A stretch of DNA of 64,000 nt from Eledone cirrhosa (taxonomy: Eukaryota), in contig OZ024758.1 in the NCBI GenBank assembly GCA_964016885.1, positions 26,040,001-26,104,000 of the forward strand. Direction: 5' to 3'. Below the pieces are notes generated by a model. That model was given only the letters and a program-made list of their open reading frames with translations, was not told the origin of the DNA and did not search any database. This document shows, in pieces, positions 51,520 to 64,000 of this stretch. The position numbers and the translations under genes are program-made. Each line of letters opens with the position of its first letter. The stretch's first letter is position 1.

Positions 51520-52545
51520 TTGGATCTCACTGGTCAGTGGGATTGTCCTTGCATCCAACCATTCAGTATGGTTATCCTTAGATCGAACTGGTTAATGGAA
51601 CTGTCCTTGCATGAAACTGATTAATGGAACTGTCCTTAGACCAAACTCTCCGGTGTGATAATCCTTAGATCAAACTGATCGGTGATACTATTTCAATGGA
51701 TCAGACTGATCAGTGAGACTGCCCTAAGATCAAACTGATCAGTTAGATTGGCACTGAATCAAATTGATCGGTGAGACTGCCCTAAGATCAAACTGATCAG
51801 TTAGATTGGCACTGGATCAAACTGATCGGTGTGACTGCCCTAAGATCAAACTGATCGATGAGACTTCCCTTAGATCAAACTACTCAGTTAGATTATCACT
51901 GGATCAAACTGATCGGTGAGACTGCCCTAAGATCAAACTAATCAGTTAGATTGGCACTGGATCAAACTGATCGGTGAGACTGCCCTAAGATCAAACTGAT
52001 CGATGAGACTTCCCTTAGATCAAACTACTCAGTTAGATTATCACTGGATCAAACTGATCGGTGAGACTGCCCTAAGATCAAACTGATCAGTTAGATTGGC
52101 ACTGTATCAAACTGATCGGTGAGACTGCCCTATGATCAAACTGATCAGTTAGATTATCACTGGATCAAACTGATCGATGAGACTTCCCTTAGATCAAACT
52201 GCTCTGTTAGATTATCACTGGCTCAAACTGATCGATGAGACTGCCCTAAGATCAAACTGATCAGTTAGATTATCACTGGATCAAACTGATCGATGAGACT
52301 TCCCTGAGATCAAACTGCTCAGTTAGATCAAACTGATCAGTTTGATTATCACTGGATCAAACTGATCGGTGAGACTACTCTTAGATCAAACTAGTTAGTT
52401 AGATTGGCACTGGATCAAAGTGATTAGTGGGACTTTCCTTGCGTCAAACTGGTTAGTGGAGATACCCTTGGACCAAACCGGTTTGTGGGACTGTCCTTAG
52501 ATGAAACAGGTCAGTGACATTGCCCTTAGATTAAATTGGTCAGTT
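51520..52545. repeat. ~28-bp minisatellite with dimeric higher-order structure and diverged edges
   Basis: GATCAAACTGATCGGTGAGACTGCCCTAA alternating with GATCAAACTGATCAGTTAGATTGGCACTG. Confidence 0.9.
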
Positions 52546-53311
52546 AACAAATTACTACAATTAATTATTACTGTCCAGTATATAAAATTATCTCAAGAAA
52601 CAACCGTCTATAGTAGTAATCAGTTGAGGTGACTGATTTTGAACAGTACTACAAATTGTTACATTTGCTGACATCAGTTAACCTTAAATAGATTGTTAGT
52701 TTAAAAGCATTTTACTGTTAAATTTAATTTTGGCTACTTACACAATGTGTATGTATGGACCCGTAACTCCTGATGGAGCCGTAGTGGTGCCATAGTGACA
52801 CATACGTACTGAGTCTTGGGCATTTTAAAACCTAGCGAAACCCAGGTCTAAATACAACCGATTTCTTCCAGAGAATGAGAGAGGGAGGGATAGAGAAGAA
52901 GTGAGAAAGATGTATAGAGGAAGAATCGACCCCTGTACTTCAAAAGGATGAAATGCAAAGTTAACCTTGCCGGGTTTTGAACTTAGAGGATGCATAGAGC
53001 TGGAACGAATACTGCCCAACATTCTGACGTTCTAACGGCTGTCAATTCGCCGCCTTATTTACTGCACATTACGAAAATCAAAACATTTCTTCGAATACTC
53101 TACTACGAAATTACATATTTTTATATCGTTGAAGAAAAAATTAGTTACAGAACAATACCTGTACTTCTAGAGTCAAAAATGTAACAGTTGTTAAAGCAGG
53201 CTAGTATTATTGTTAACTTTGCCTTTCATCCTTACAGGGTCGATAAAATAAAGTACCAGTAATGTACTGGGTAATTGCTGGCCTTGTGCCAAATGTAGAA
53301 ACAATTATTAT

Positions 53312-54546
53312 ATAGATGTAACGTGTTAGCATCTTCTAATGAAAAAGCTGAATGTCCATCACTGATCTTGCCCAAGTCCAAAGGAAAGATATCCGACTCT
53401 TTAAAAAGTGAATCTTCAATCATATTTTAACAACCTGTGCATCGAATGAATTCAGAAGGTCAGCCATGATTGCCTTGTAATTCGGGCTTCGGTTCTTTCC
53501 AAGAAAGTTTACAACTGTTTTTAACACAGCATCACAAGCTCGTCCTTCAACTTCATTCAATGAATCTCTGCACATCTGATTCTTCATCAATTTGCGTGTG
53601 TCTGGTCCAACGAACACGCGTTCTTTAATCTTTGCTTAGCTTAATCATGGAAAAATATCTTTCAGCAACTTGATCGGTTGCCACTCAGGGTCCAGTGACA
53701 TCACAAAATCTTTGAAGATTCCAAGTTTAATATGTAGTGGGGGTAACAAAACTATCTCAGGTGAAACAAGTGGTGTGTATTGAATGCTTTTATTCCCTTA
53801 TTTCCTTTCATAAAGTGCTGGCCAATCCTATCAACTGTAGTGCTTGTTTTGAGCCCGGCTATCCCATAGACTCAAGAAGCGGCAAACTACGTTTAGCCCT
53901 TTTGTATTCCAGTTTTTAAAAAACCTATAATCTTCAAGTGACCTCCAGCTTGAAATCATAATACCTGATCAAGGAAAGTAACATCTTTATAGTGTCGTAT
54001 GACACTTTTGCCTTCCTCGAATAACCCACTGGAATCCCTAGATACAAATCCCCAACACGAAAAAGACTGTCTTTGAGCTAGAAACCCTGACATCGATGAA
54101 TAACCAGCAACACTTCTTGACATCAGAGGAAATTCCCAATGCCACCACGAAACCAGTAATGTTCCTGCAATAAACCAAACCCAGTTCTTCCTGTGTGTAA
54201 AAAAATTCAACAAATTTCTTCTCTCAATGCCTGTATGCCGTTGTTTTAGTTCTTGCGCCAAATGACTTAATATGCGTTATATCTCCCTTTACAGCTCTTT
54301 CATTAAAGGATGTCACAAACAGAACAACCAAAGTGATTCTTAAAAGAAAAAACAGAAACACTTGATGTGCTGCAAGCTACATTACATTTCTTTAAATGTT
54401 GTATATAGGGGATATCTTGTACATCACAATCTAGATGTGATGGAGCAAAACTGACTTCATATTCTGAAAGAGTACCCTAAAATTAGTTGGAATCACCCTT
54501 AATTATCTCATGGTAAAGAAACTTTTTTTTATTTGGTCATGCAATG
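53312..54546 (-). mobile_element. Degenerate Chapaev3-like (CMC) DNA transposon
   Basis: Minus-strand motifs LPPLHIKLGIFKDFV, KIKERVFVGPDTRKLM, NFLGKNRSPNYK, LKIHFL, DIFPLDLGKISDGH; terminal-like sequence at 54430-54546. Family assignment is from recalled motifs. Confidence 0.75.
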
Positions 54547-54594
54547 TAATTGCTTTTAAAAAATAATTTTATGAAAAGAACAAGAAAATCTTAC

Positions 54595-54691
54595 TTATAC
54601 CCGAGTTAGTATTAAGTTTTAAAAGACGGGGTGGGGCAGTCCCATAAACATTTACATATTTCGAGTATCTTTCTAGATACTGCAAAAGTAC
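54595..54691 (-). other. Candidate spliced exon; coding status unresolved
   Basis: ATATACAG| acceptor and |GTAAGA donor; joined by a 124-bp GTAAG...TACAG intron to an upstream exon ending at 54816. Phase-0 frame is open (VLLQYLERYSKYVNVYGTAPPRLLKLNTNSGI). Confidence 0.45.
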
Positions 54692-56384
54692 CTGTATATA
54701 ATAATCAGAATTTTAGATAACTGTTGGATAATGCCATGTATTTACATTAGTTAGTTAGTTAGTTAGTGTGTGTGTGTGTGTGTGTGTGTAAATAAATAAA
54801 TAAATGATGACTTACCTGGAATATCATTTGAGTACATTGCCCAATGTTTATTGATTCTTGTTATCAACTCAACTGTCGGAATTATTTCACTTTCAATATA
54901 TCGTTGTCACCTTATTGACGTTTATCTCTGTATACTTAGTTTTATCCATATATGTATATATATATATCCATATATATATATATATATATATATCCATATA
55001 TATATATATATATATGCCTATAAAGACGATGAGGGACTTGAAGTCTTTGAAATTAAAAAAAAATTATTTGTCAACTTTATGATATGAACATTGAAATCCA
55101 GGTTTTCTGTTGAAGAGCTGCAGAAAGTCCAATAAATCTAGTTGATTTCAGTATTATTTCTTTAGAAATAATTTACAATATATATTGGCAGTTGTATAAG
55201 ATAAGGAACAGTCCATCTAAATAGCTTCTTATTAATATTAGCAGAATTAATTTCGTTCGAATATCTGACATTATCTAATCAGTTCTTTAGATCGATTTTT
55301 TTTAAAAGCAATTATTCCAAAACATGCTAAATATTTTTTGGCAATTATTCTGCATATATATCACATTTTAATCAACATCCGGTTATATGTGAAAAATGTT
55401 TTTTTCTTCTTTCTTTCTTCTGCTTAATTGATTTCTTAAGAAGTGTTTCACTGCTGCCTGATATGTACATCTGACCTGCGCAGTGTTCTAACATGCTTCA
55501 GTTCCAAACCAGTTTAATATTTAAGAAGTGCGCCGGATGTATATTTTACTGGACACGTGAGCCTGTATGTTTGTATGTATGCATGTCTCTGTGTGTGTAA
55601 GTGTATGTGTGTGTGTGTGTGTGTGTTTGTGTGTGTCTGTCTATGCATGTGTGTGTGTGTGTATGTCTGTGTGTGTGCATGTGTGTATCTGTATTTAAAC
55701 TATTGTACACTCACATGTGAGTGTCACACTGTCAGACCAACAAGGGTGAGTGCTTGCAGGATTATGGTCTTCCCTTGTGCATATATGCATAATGTACAGT
55801 CATCTCTGTGTTTCACTTAATTTAAAAGTTTATTAACTCTATACTTCCAGTGTATTGGAAATACGTGAATATGCTCCATTGTTGGCTCCCCAGTACTTCC
55901 TAACAGTTATTTACAGCTAGTTCCATTTTCTTTTTTTGCCTTTGGACAATTTGAGCAGCTGTGGAGCTTAAGAAAGTCTGTTTGAGCCTGCAGTTGGGAA
56001 TAGTATACAGACATGAAAAGATTTGAGAAGAAAAAGAAAGCGAACACCTTGCCTGCTCCTTAGCCACTAACATCAACAACAAATATTAGCTCATCTTATG
56101 GTTTATTTGTTAACTGTCTTTGAAAACTGTCTTTAGTGTTGGTTGTGCTACTTTTAGTAGAGAGATAGATAGCGATAAACCGAAGTGTGTAAGGAAGCAA
56201 CCAGAGGTGGATGGAATAAGAGTGTGGGCGTTAATGAGCGAGGGGTGGGTGATGTTGTCGCCAGGTGCTACTATCAACTAACTGTCAGTAAAGGTAAATT
56301 GACGACCTCTTTCATGGATCTTGTTTCTCCTGCCTACTTTAGCAAATAACGAAGTGGACTATAACTTCAGCTTTCTATGTGTCC

Positions 56385-56512
56385 ACCACACACACACACA
56401 TGCATATACTCTCTCTCTCTCTCACACACACACATACTCTCACACACACACACAAATACAAATACACACACGTACACAAATACACACACACAAACACGAA
56501 CACACGCATACA

Positions 56513-56546
<34 letters not shown>

Positions 56547-57450
56547 GGTACACAAATAGACACACAAAAACACCCACTCAAACACACACACAGATTCGTT
56601 CCTGTACACACACTCAGATTTCGTTCTTTCACACACACATACGCACACACACACACACACACACACACTCAGATTTCGTTCTTGCACACACACATACATA
56701 CACACACACACTCAGATTTCGTTCTTTTACACACACATACGCACACACACACACACACACACACACTCAGATTTCGTTCTTGCACACACACATACATACA
56801 CACACACACTCAGATTTCGTTCTTGCACACACACATACACACACATACACTCAAACACACACACATACACTCAAACACAAACACACACACACACACAGAT
56901 TCGTTCCTGTACACAAACACACACACACTCAGATTCCGTTCTTGCACACACACATACACACACACACACTCAGATTTCGTTCTTGCACACACACATACAC
57001 ACACACACACTCAGATTTCGTCCTTGCACACACACATACACACACACACACTCAGATTTCGTTCTTGCACACACACATACACACACACACACTCAGATTT
57101 CGTTCTTGCACACACACATACACACACATACACTCAAACACACACACATACACTCAAACACAAACACACACACACAGATTCGTTCCTGTACACAAACACA
57201 CACACACTCAGATTCCGTTCTTGCACACACACATACATACACACACACACACTCAGATTTCGTTCTTGCACACACACATACACACACATACACTCAAACA
57301 CACACACATACACTCAAACACAAACACACACACACAGATTCGTTCCTGTTCACAAACACACACACACTCAGATTCCGTTCTTGCACATACACATACATAC
57401 ACTCACACACAAACACACACACAAACACACACACAAACAGACACACACAA
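56385..57450. repeat. CA-rich compound minisatellite (CTCAGATTTCGTTCTTGCACAC units)
   Basis: Direct. Confidence 0.92.
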
Positions 57451-58139
57451 GGCAGAAGTCACAGATGCCCCTAGTAATAAACACCTTAAGAACACAGCAC
57501 TAATGCAACCGTCCATATAGTAAAACATGAATTTACCAACTGACAAACACTATAACACATACATATACCACACATACTATGTAATACACTCACATACGTG
57601 TTGTTGGATCTCCGTCGTTTCCGACGATGAGTGTTCCAGTTGATTCAAAAACCGGCTCGTGAAATTGAGAGATCACAGTTCTGATATTACGGACATGTGG
57701 TTAAAATGTCTCAGGATAGAATTGCTGGACAGATTTTATGGGCAAAGGAGAGCTAGAGGTAGACCCCCAAGCAAGATGGTTGGATAACATCCATGAGCTT
57801 GGCTGGTCTCGCTTGGGGATCCAGCCGGATCAGTTGGAGACGTTTGCTTCTGACAGGACCCGATGGAGGAAGTGTTTGAGGTCTTGTAGCAAGCTACTTT
57901 TCTTTGGCGCATTGATAGGCTATTCGTGCGTGATTTGGCTAAGTCACGCCAATCGTGAGCCGCGCACGGATATATATTTTCAACTTCCGCCTAAACTGAG
58001 ATTTCCCCGCTACTTTCGATAAACATTTTCTCTTGCAGCTTTGATCATGGAAAGGTAAACACCATTTTTCTAGCCAATATGTAACGACAACAACATAACT
58101 GCGGCCTGGCCAGCACTTCAGCCAGTTGACCGTACCGTC

Positions 58140-58400
58140 TAAACTCTTAATTTGTGTATTCACGAAACAAAGTATCATGAAAATTGAAGAGCCTCAAAAG
58201 TCAATCACAAAAACCATACACAGGATGACAGACCTTGACTATTGGTATCGATTAGAAAAGGTTAAACTATACTCTCCAACGCCGCTGTGGGCGCTACACT
58301 ATTTGCATGATGTGGAAAATATTCCAACTGCATTGCTCAAATGATTTTGGCATCATCTTTAAAATACATCTAAGAATTGGACCCCGCAAAAACACTCCGA
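58140..58400 (+). mobile_element. Degenerate CR1-group LINE fragment
   Basis: IMKIEEPQKSITKTIHRMTDLDYWYRLEKVKLYS..MMWKI, matching the post-RT motif IE..QR..T..I.....Y..RL..L.LYS. Confidence 0.7.
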
Positions 58401-58507
58401 AACAATTGTCAATTGTCGATTGTTTCCTCTCAGATAACAAAAGAGTGAGGTTGTCATCTAACACGTGGTGTTTATGAGGCTGTTTACTTGTAAACAAACT
58501 GAATATT

Positions 58508-58680
58508 AATAATTGTTTCTACTTTTGGCGCAAGGCCAGCAATCATCCCAGTGTATTACTGGTGCTTTATTTTATCGACCCTGTAAGGATGAAAGGCAAA
58601 GTTAACCTTGGCGGGATTTGAACTCGGGATGTAAAGGGTCATAACTCTATGATGCAAAGCATGGCGTCCAACCCTCTTAT
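58508..58680 (-). mobile_element. SINE A
   Basis: SINE A motifs. Confidence 0.88.
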
Positions 58681-58747
58681 GATATTATTATAATATTGTT
58701 ATTATTTACTCACGAATAGACTATATAAATACACACACACACACACA

Positions 58748-58799
<52 letters not shown>

Positions 58800-58967
58800 T
58801 TAAAGGTTAAACAAGGTTCAATGAATAAATCAAAGAATGAGTTTTATCATATGTAATCTTTTCATGTCTCAATCTTAAGGTATATAAATATTGAGTTTTG
58901 TCATCTTATTCACTACCATGACTGAATCTTAACCATCTACTAAGTCAGGGTATGTCATGCATTATCT

Positions 58968-59034
58968 TATTTTATCTGATGAGGACGTACTGTTGAAGAT
59001 AGCTCAGTACCTCTGAAATATGTATAATAAAATA
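58968..59034 (+). ncRNA. Minimal type I hammerhead ribozyme candidate
   Basis: Stem I TATTTTAT/ATAAAATA, core CTGATGA, 10-bp stem II GGACGTACTG/CAGTACCTCT with one mismatch, GAAA, stem III ATA-TG-TAT, NUH=ATA (after 59026); followed by (TA)n. Confidence 0.7.
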
Positions 59035-59075
59035 TACTTGATCACACGAATGTCTATTTCTGTTAATATTTTGAA

Positions 59076-59183
<108 letters not shown>

Positions 59184-59244
59184 GAAATTGGAAATAGCAC
59201 TGAAAAAATGAGAGGGACAATTCTTTTAAAAAGAGTTTTATAAG

Positions 59245-59455
59245 GTTTATAAAGTATATAAAGTATATTGAGTATATAAAGTATATAAAGTATATTGAGT
59301 ATATAAAATATATAAAGTATATAAAGTATATAAAGTATATTGAGTATATAAAGTATATAAAGTATATAAAGTATATTGAGTATATAAAGTATATAAAGTA
59401 TATAAAGTATATTGAGTATATAAAGTATATAAAGTATATTGAGTATATAAAGTAT
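59245..59455. repeat. AAAGTATATA/TGAGTATATA 10-bp tandem repeat
   Basis: Direct. Confidence 0.9.
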
Positions 59456-59616
59456 TACCGGTTTCAATGTATTAGTAAAATTCATCTTATCAAGTGTTGA
59501 GTATTACAATTAAAAAGAATTAATAAGAATTAAAAACTAAAAATTGAAGATTTAAAATTAAGTGTTGAGGCAAGTTTTTTTCATCTTCCTTGTTGATAGG
59601 AGACTGGAAAAATGAA

Positions 59617-59659
<43 letters not shown>

Positions 59660-59666
<7 letters not shown>

Positions 59667-60255
59667 AAAATTGAACGGGAACAAAACAGAGAGGCAGTAC
59701 GAACAAAGGTTTATTAGTTTCACGCTCTTGAGAGTGCGGTGGTGGTGGGGAACGACGTTTCGGGCATAAGCCCTTCTTCAGGCGAAAGGTGTGTGGGAAG
59801 AGAGTTCCAAGGGTGTGTAGGGGAGTGGGGGAGAGACATTTAGAAAAAAGGGGGTGAGAGGAAACGGTACAAATGAAAATAAATATAAAAGCATAATAAA
59901 AATAAAAATAAACATGAAGTTAAACAAGTGGTGGAAGGGTGTGGGGCGTGTAAGGGTGGTGGTGGGTGGAGTGGGGAGAGGGAGGCGGCGTGTCCGAGCG
60001 GGGAGGGCTGAAGGTGGTGTGTGTGTATAGGTGTACGTGTGTGTGTGTGTATGTGAATGTGAGAGTTGGGGGAAGAACGGGGTTGCATGTTCAGGAAAAG
60101 GTGTGTATGGGGTGGGGTGTAGGTCGGTGTGTGTGTGTGGATGGGGAGGGGTCAGATGGGCGGCGGGGGGGGGGGGATTCCAGAGGCTGAGTGTGTAAAT
60201 ATGTGGTGGTACGCACGTGTGTGTGGTGTTTATACGTATTGTGGATGTAGGTGGC

Positions 60256-60258
<3 letters not shown>
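59660..60258 (-). mobile_element. Penelope pLTR-like element between (TA)n tracts, with hammerhead core at 59754-59781
   Basis: Minus strand CTGAAGA-AGGGC-TTAT-GCCC-GAAACGTC, the classic minimal PLE hammerhead form, followed by AATAAA; C-rich upstream region. Confidence 0.75.
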
Positions 60259-60293
<35 letters not shown>

Positions 60294-60672
60294 TGTATGT
60301 ATATATTAATATTTATTAATATTTTGAATAATATATTATTCAAAATATTATAAATGAAAAATATTCTCATAACCAAAATATATATTTTATTATACATATT
60401 TCAAAGCTACAATGGTGTTTAAGTACGTTTTCATCAGAGAAAATATGAGAGATTAGATATGTGACATATGTTTACCTGTCTCTCTTTCTCCACCCAATTC
60501 TTTTTATCCCAATAACTTACTTTAGCTATTGTTCGCACTATCCTGAGGTATCTGGTCTTTAATGCGAAGAAATACCTATGATGGCTAGTAGACCACTGAT
60601 GATGGATAATCCTATTTCTATTTCATTTTAATTTGTATATCACATTTGCAACAACACAGCACGCCATTTTTC

Positions 60673-60746
<74 letters not shown>

Positions 60747-60942
60747 TTTAGTACAGCATTGACGAAGCTTTAGAATACGGCCAAGCTAGCGTATATGCAT
60801 AATCGGTCTGTAGCTTGAGCACTCAGATGAGGAAAGACCCCAGAGTAATAACATTACGTTCAGACAGCTTAGCAAATCAGATATAGCGGTCGGCAGTCCA
60901 GCCGCATCACTAGAGCAACGAATATACAGGACCCAGGAAAAG

Positions 60943-60990
<48 letters not shown>

Positions 60991-61357
60991 TATTGAAGTT
61001 TGCTTGAAGCATTGTGGAACAATAAGTAAATATCTTTAAGTCGTTTGGAAGCCTCGACAATGCAAATGGGTAAATCTCCGAGTAACAAGGTCCGGTGGTG
61101 GAGAGAGAGATGTAAATGGGTGTACGTTGAGATGCGTGGTGTGTATAAGATGTGTGAGATGTGTAGAATGAAGGGAAGAGTATAAAGGATAAAAATAAAA
61201 ATAACAACACAAGAGAGAGTTACCTTGGGAGAGATTTAATAGTCCCTATATATTTCGGATTCACATCCATCAACTGGGGTTTTTTCCGGGGTGGGGGAAA
61301 AGGTTGTCTGTCGGACAACTCAGAACGCGTCTTTCGCTGTTTGTTGATTTGAATATC

Positions 61358-61409
<52 letters not shown>

Positions 61410-61494
61410 AAAGTTATATTTAAATTGTTGGGTTACAACTAGTAAATATTTATAACTGATATAAAAGCACTCGACAAATATTTGGAGTATATTT

Positions 61495-61869
61495 ACAATA
61501 TTAAATAAATGGAAACTATATTTATAAAACCATATTTATTTCATTATATATATTTCAGGGATATCATATTAACAATATGCTATGCCTTCCTCAGACAAAA
61601 TACAATATAAACAGTTTTATAGATAAATAGATTCGACATACCGTAACAACATCGACTTGTATTTGAAAAGGTTGATTTGACTGCCAAATCAACCTTTTCA
61701 AATACAAGTCGATGTTGTTACGGTATGTCGAATCTATTTATCTATAAAACTGTTTATATTGTATTTTGTCTGAGGAAGGCATAGCATATTGTTAATATGA
61801 TATCCCTGAAATATATATAATGAAATAAATATGGTTTTATAAATATAGTTTCCATTTATTTAATATTGT

Positions 61870-61870
<1 letters not shown>
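61495..61870. repeat. Essentially perfect palindrome (~185-bp arms, 5-nt loop) abutting (TA)n, with a hammerhead core in each arm
   Basis: Centre GATTTG-ACTGC-CAAATC; CTGAGGA-AGGCATAGCATATT..AATATGATATCCCT-GAAA at 61770-61811 and its mirror on the minus strand. Confidence 0.93.
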
Positions 61871-61904
<34 letters not shown>

Positions 61905-62274
61905 CATAACAGACACACACATACACTTGCACCATAACACGGTCACATCATTGATGTTTAATATCTAAATACACTAACATATACACTAACAGCCACAAAT
62001 TAAGTTCCTCGATAATGTTTGCATCAGTTGCCATAGACTCTCCCCTCCTCACTCCCGATATCACTTGTTGTATGAACAGCACTACCGACATAAAGGTCAG
62101 TGCCTTAATTACTGAGAAGAGGAATTAATCTGTCAAGAAAAATAGAGAGACACAAATAATATTAGAGAAAGGAATTGTCGTTGGGGGTCGTGGTTGGGGG
62201 CTGGGGTGGGGTGGGTGATATAAATAACAGACCAGAAGTAAGTGATATGCTCAAAAATAGATTAGCTCGCTCTC

Positions 62275-62348
<74 letters not shown>

Positions 62349-62510
62349 ATATTTAGAAACACACAGATACATGCGGACACACACATATATACATGAATGC
62401 ATCCGCACCCAACTGTGAGTTAAGGGTGCCAACTTCACCGATGTTGCTCAATGAATGACTGGGACAGACCAATTCAGTTGAACTAGACTGAACCAGTATC
62501 AGAGTTAAAA

Positions 62511-62787
62511 ATACATTATGAAGAGAGAAGAAACATTTAGATATAATTAGTAATAAAATGTATCATACCTAAACTGCTCCTAAATTCCTCGACTACGTAG
62601 TTTCGTGGCATAAACAAAAACAATATATCATAAAGATATAGAGTCCTTGCGAGGTCTGCCGACTTATCAAGAGGATACCTCATTTTACTAGTCTCAAGAA
62701 CGCGTCTACACGACGTGAGAAAGAATCAAGTTTAGGTATGATACATTTTATTACTAATTATATCTAAATGTTTCTTCTCTCTTCATA

Positions 62788-62793
<6 letters not shown>
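62511..62793. repeat. Inverted repeat (~65-bp arms) abutting (TA)n, with a degenerate hammerhead in the loop (minus)
   Basis: Arms 62511-62575 / 62729-62793; minus-strand loop CCTC-TTGATAA-GTCGGCA...TGCCAC-GAAACTACGTAGTC-GAGG. Confidence 0.88.
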
Positions 62794-62842
<49 letters not shown>

Positions 62843-63427
62843 AACGAGTAAGACCCCGACGGCTGAGCTCAAGCTGTTTCGACGGCTAATTCTGGGCTAA
62901 ATGAAAATTTTTATCCTGGTATATGAATAGCCGAGCTTCTCGGGGGGTAATTTCATATATGGTAAAAGTGATTGTCACAAGGATTGGTCAAAAGTTTGTT
63001 GTTGAGACACATAATTCTATCATGGCAATTTGTGGAAGGAAGGGGTAGCTGAACCTGCCAGTAGGAGAAAGAGAGAGAGGGGGTGGAGGAAACCCAGTTG
63101 TGCGTTGATAGTGCCAACTGCAGCAGAGCAGGAGGTCAAGGAAGTAAATTAGGGAGGGGGAGGGGGAAGAAGTCGAAACAATAAGTAAAACAATATGGGG
63201 TAAATATATAGAAAAATACCGAGAATGTTAAAAAAACAATTAAATATAAAAAAAACAATTTCTGGTTACTATTCCCTAAGGACAGCCATCAAGTCTCTCA
63301 CTGGTACTGCTAGACTATAGAAAAAGCCGTCGGGGTCCTACTCGTTCCTATTACCCACTCTACTACCCTAAGTATTGAATACTTTGGTGCGTTATGGTCC
63401 ACCTGGTTCCTTACCACATTTCTTTCG

Positions 63428-63514
<87 letters not shown>

Positions 63515-63642
63515 GATATCGACGGTAAGTTGTGGTGTCTATTCTGCATGAAGAACTCAATGTAATCCATATGTTGAAAGTGTTGTAGGTTAAGATAAAT
63601 CCCGGAAAACAATAAAACATTAAAAGGAAAACAGAGTCATGA

Positions 63643-63949
63643 TATAAGTTAAAACAATGAAATAAAAAATCAAGTCATTAGAGATATACTTCACTGCTTT
63701 ACGATCGTTTCTAGATGATGATAATACATTGTAGCTATACTTCGTTATTGATCTATGTAAGGTTAGTTACAAAATATCAGATAAAGAGAATATTTACTTA
63801 CATGCATATCACCAGCTGTTTTCAAAAGCTTACATAGATCAATAACGAAGTACAGCTACAATGTATTATCATATTATCATCATCTAGAAACGATCGTAAA
63901 GCAGTGAAGTATAACTCTAATGACTTGATTTTTTATTTCATTGTTTTAA

Positions 63950-63955
<6 letters not shown>
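63643..63955. repeat. Inverted repeat (~118-bp arms) abutting (TA)n
   Basis: 63643-63761 is the reverse complement of 63829-63955, with a small indel. Confidence 0.9.

Positions 63956-64000
<45 letters not shown>

Overview
Eukaryotic, AT-rich, extremely repeat-dense DNA. The dominant tRNA-derived SINE and the LINE remnants suggest a coleoid cephalopod, probably an octopod (inference). The only well-supported gene is on the minus strand: the 3' part of a chitin-binding (CBM14/peritrophin-A) protein gene, with exons at about 18296-18536, 15287-15310 (candidate microexon), 14063-14183 and 4068-4418, whose splice phases join into one ORF. A second, more speculative minus-strand chain of small exons and microexons runs from 54827 to 34623. 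The rest is mobile DNA and tandem repeats: about 30 SINE copies, a Helitron with a Rep fragment and an internal 68-bp minisatellite, a second non-autonomous Helitron, mariner, Chapaev3-like, R4/Dong, RTE, CR1-group, Ingi/Vingi-like and Penelope (GIY-YIG) remnants, and several MITEs. The most notable pattern is a set of short, mutually unrelated elements abutting (TA)n microsatellites. Many are fold-back palindromes, and at least ten carry minimal hammerhead-ribozyme-like cores (CUGANGA...GAAA...NUH), consistent with Penelope-derived pLTR or retrozyme-like insertions. Most large minisatellites are visibly amplified fragments of dispersed TEs. The long ORFs in the supplied track over repeat arrays are artefacts.
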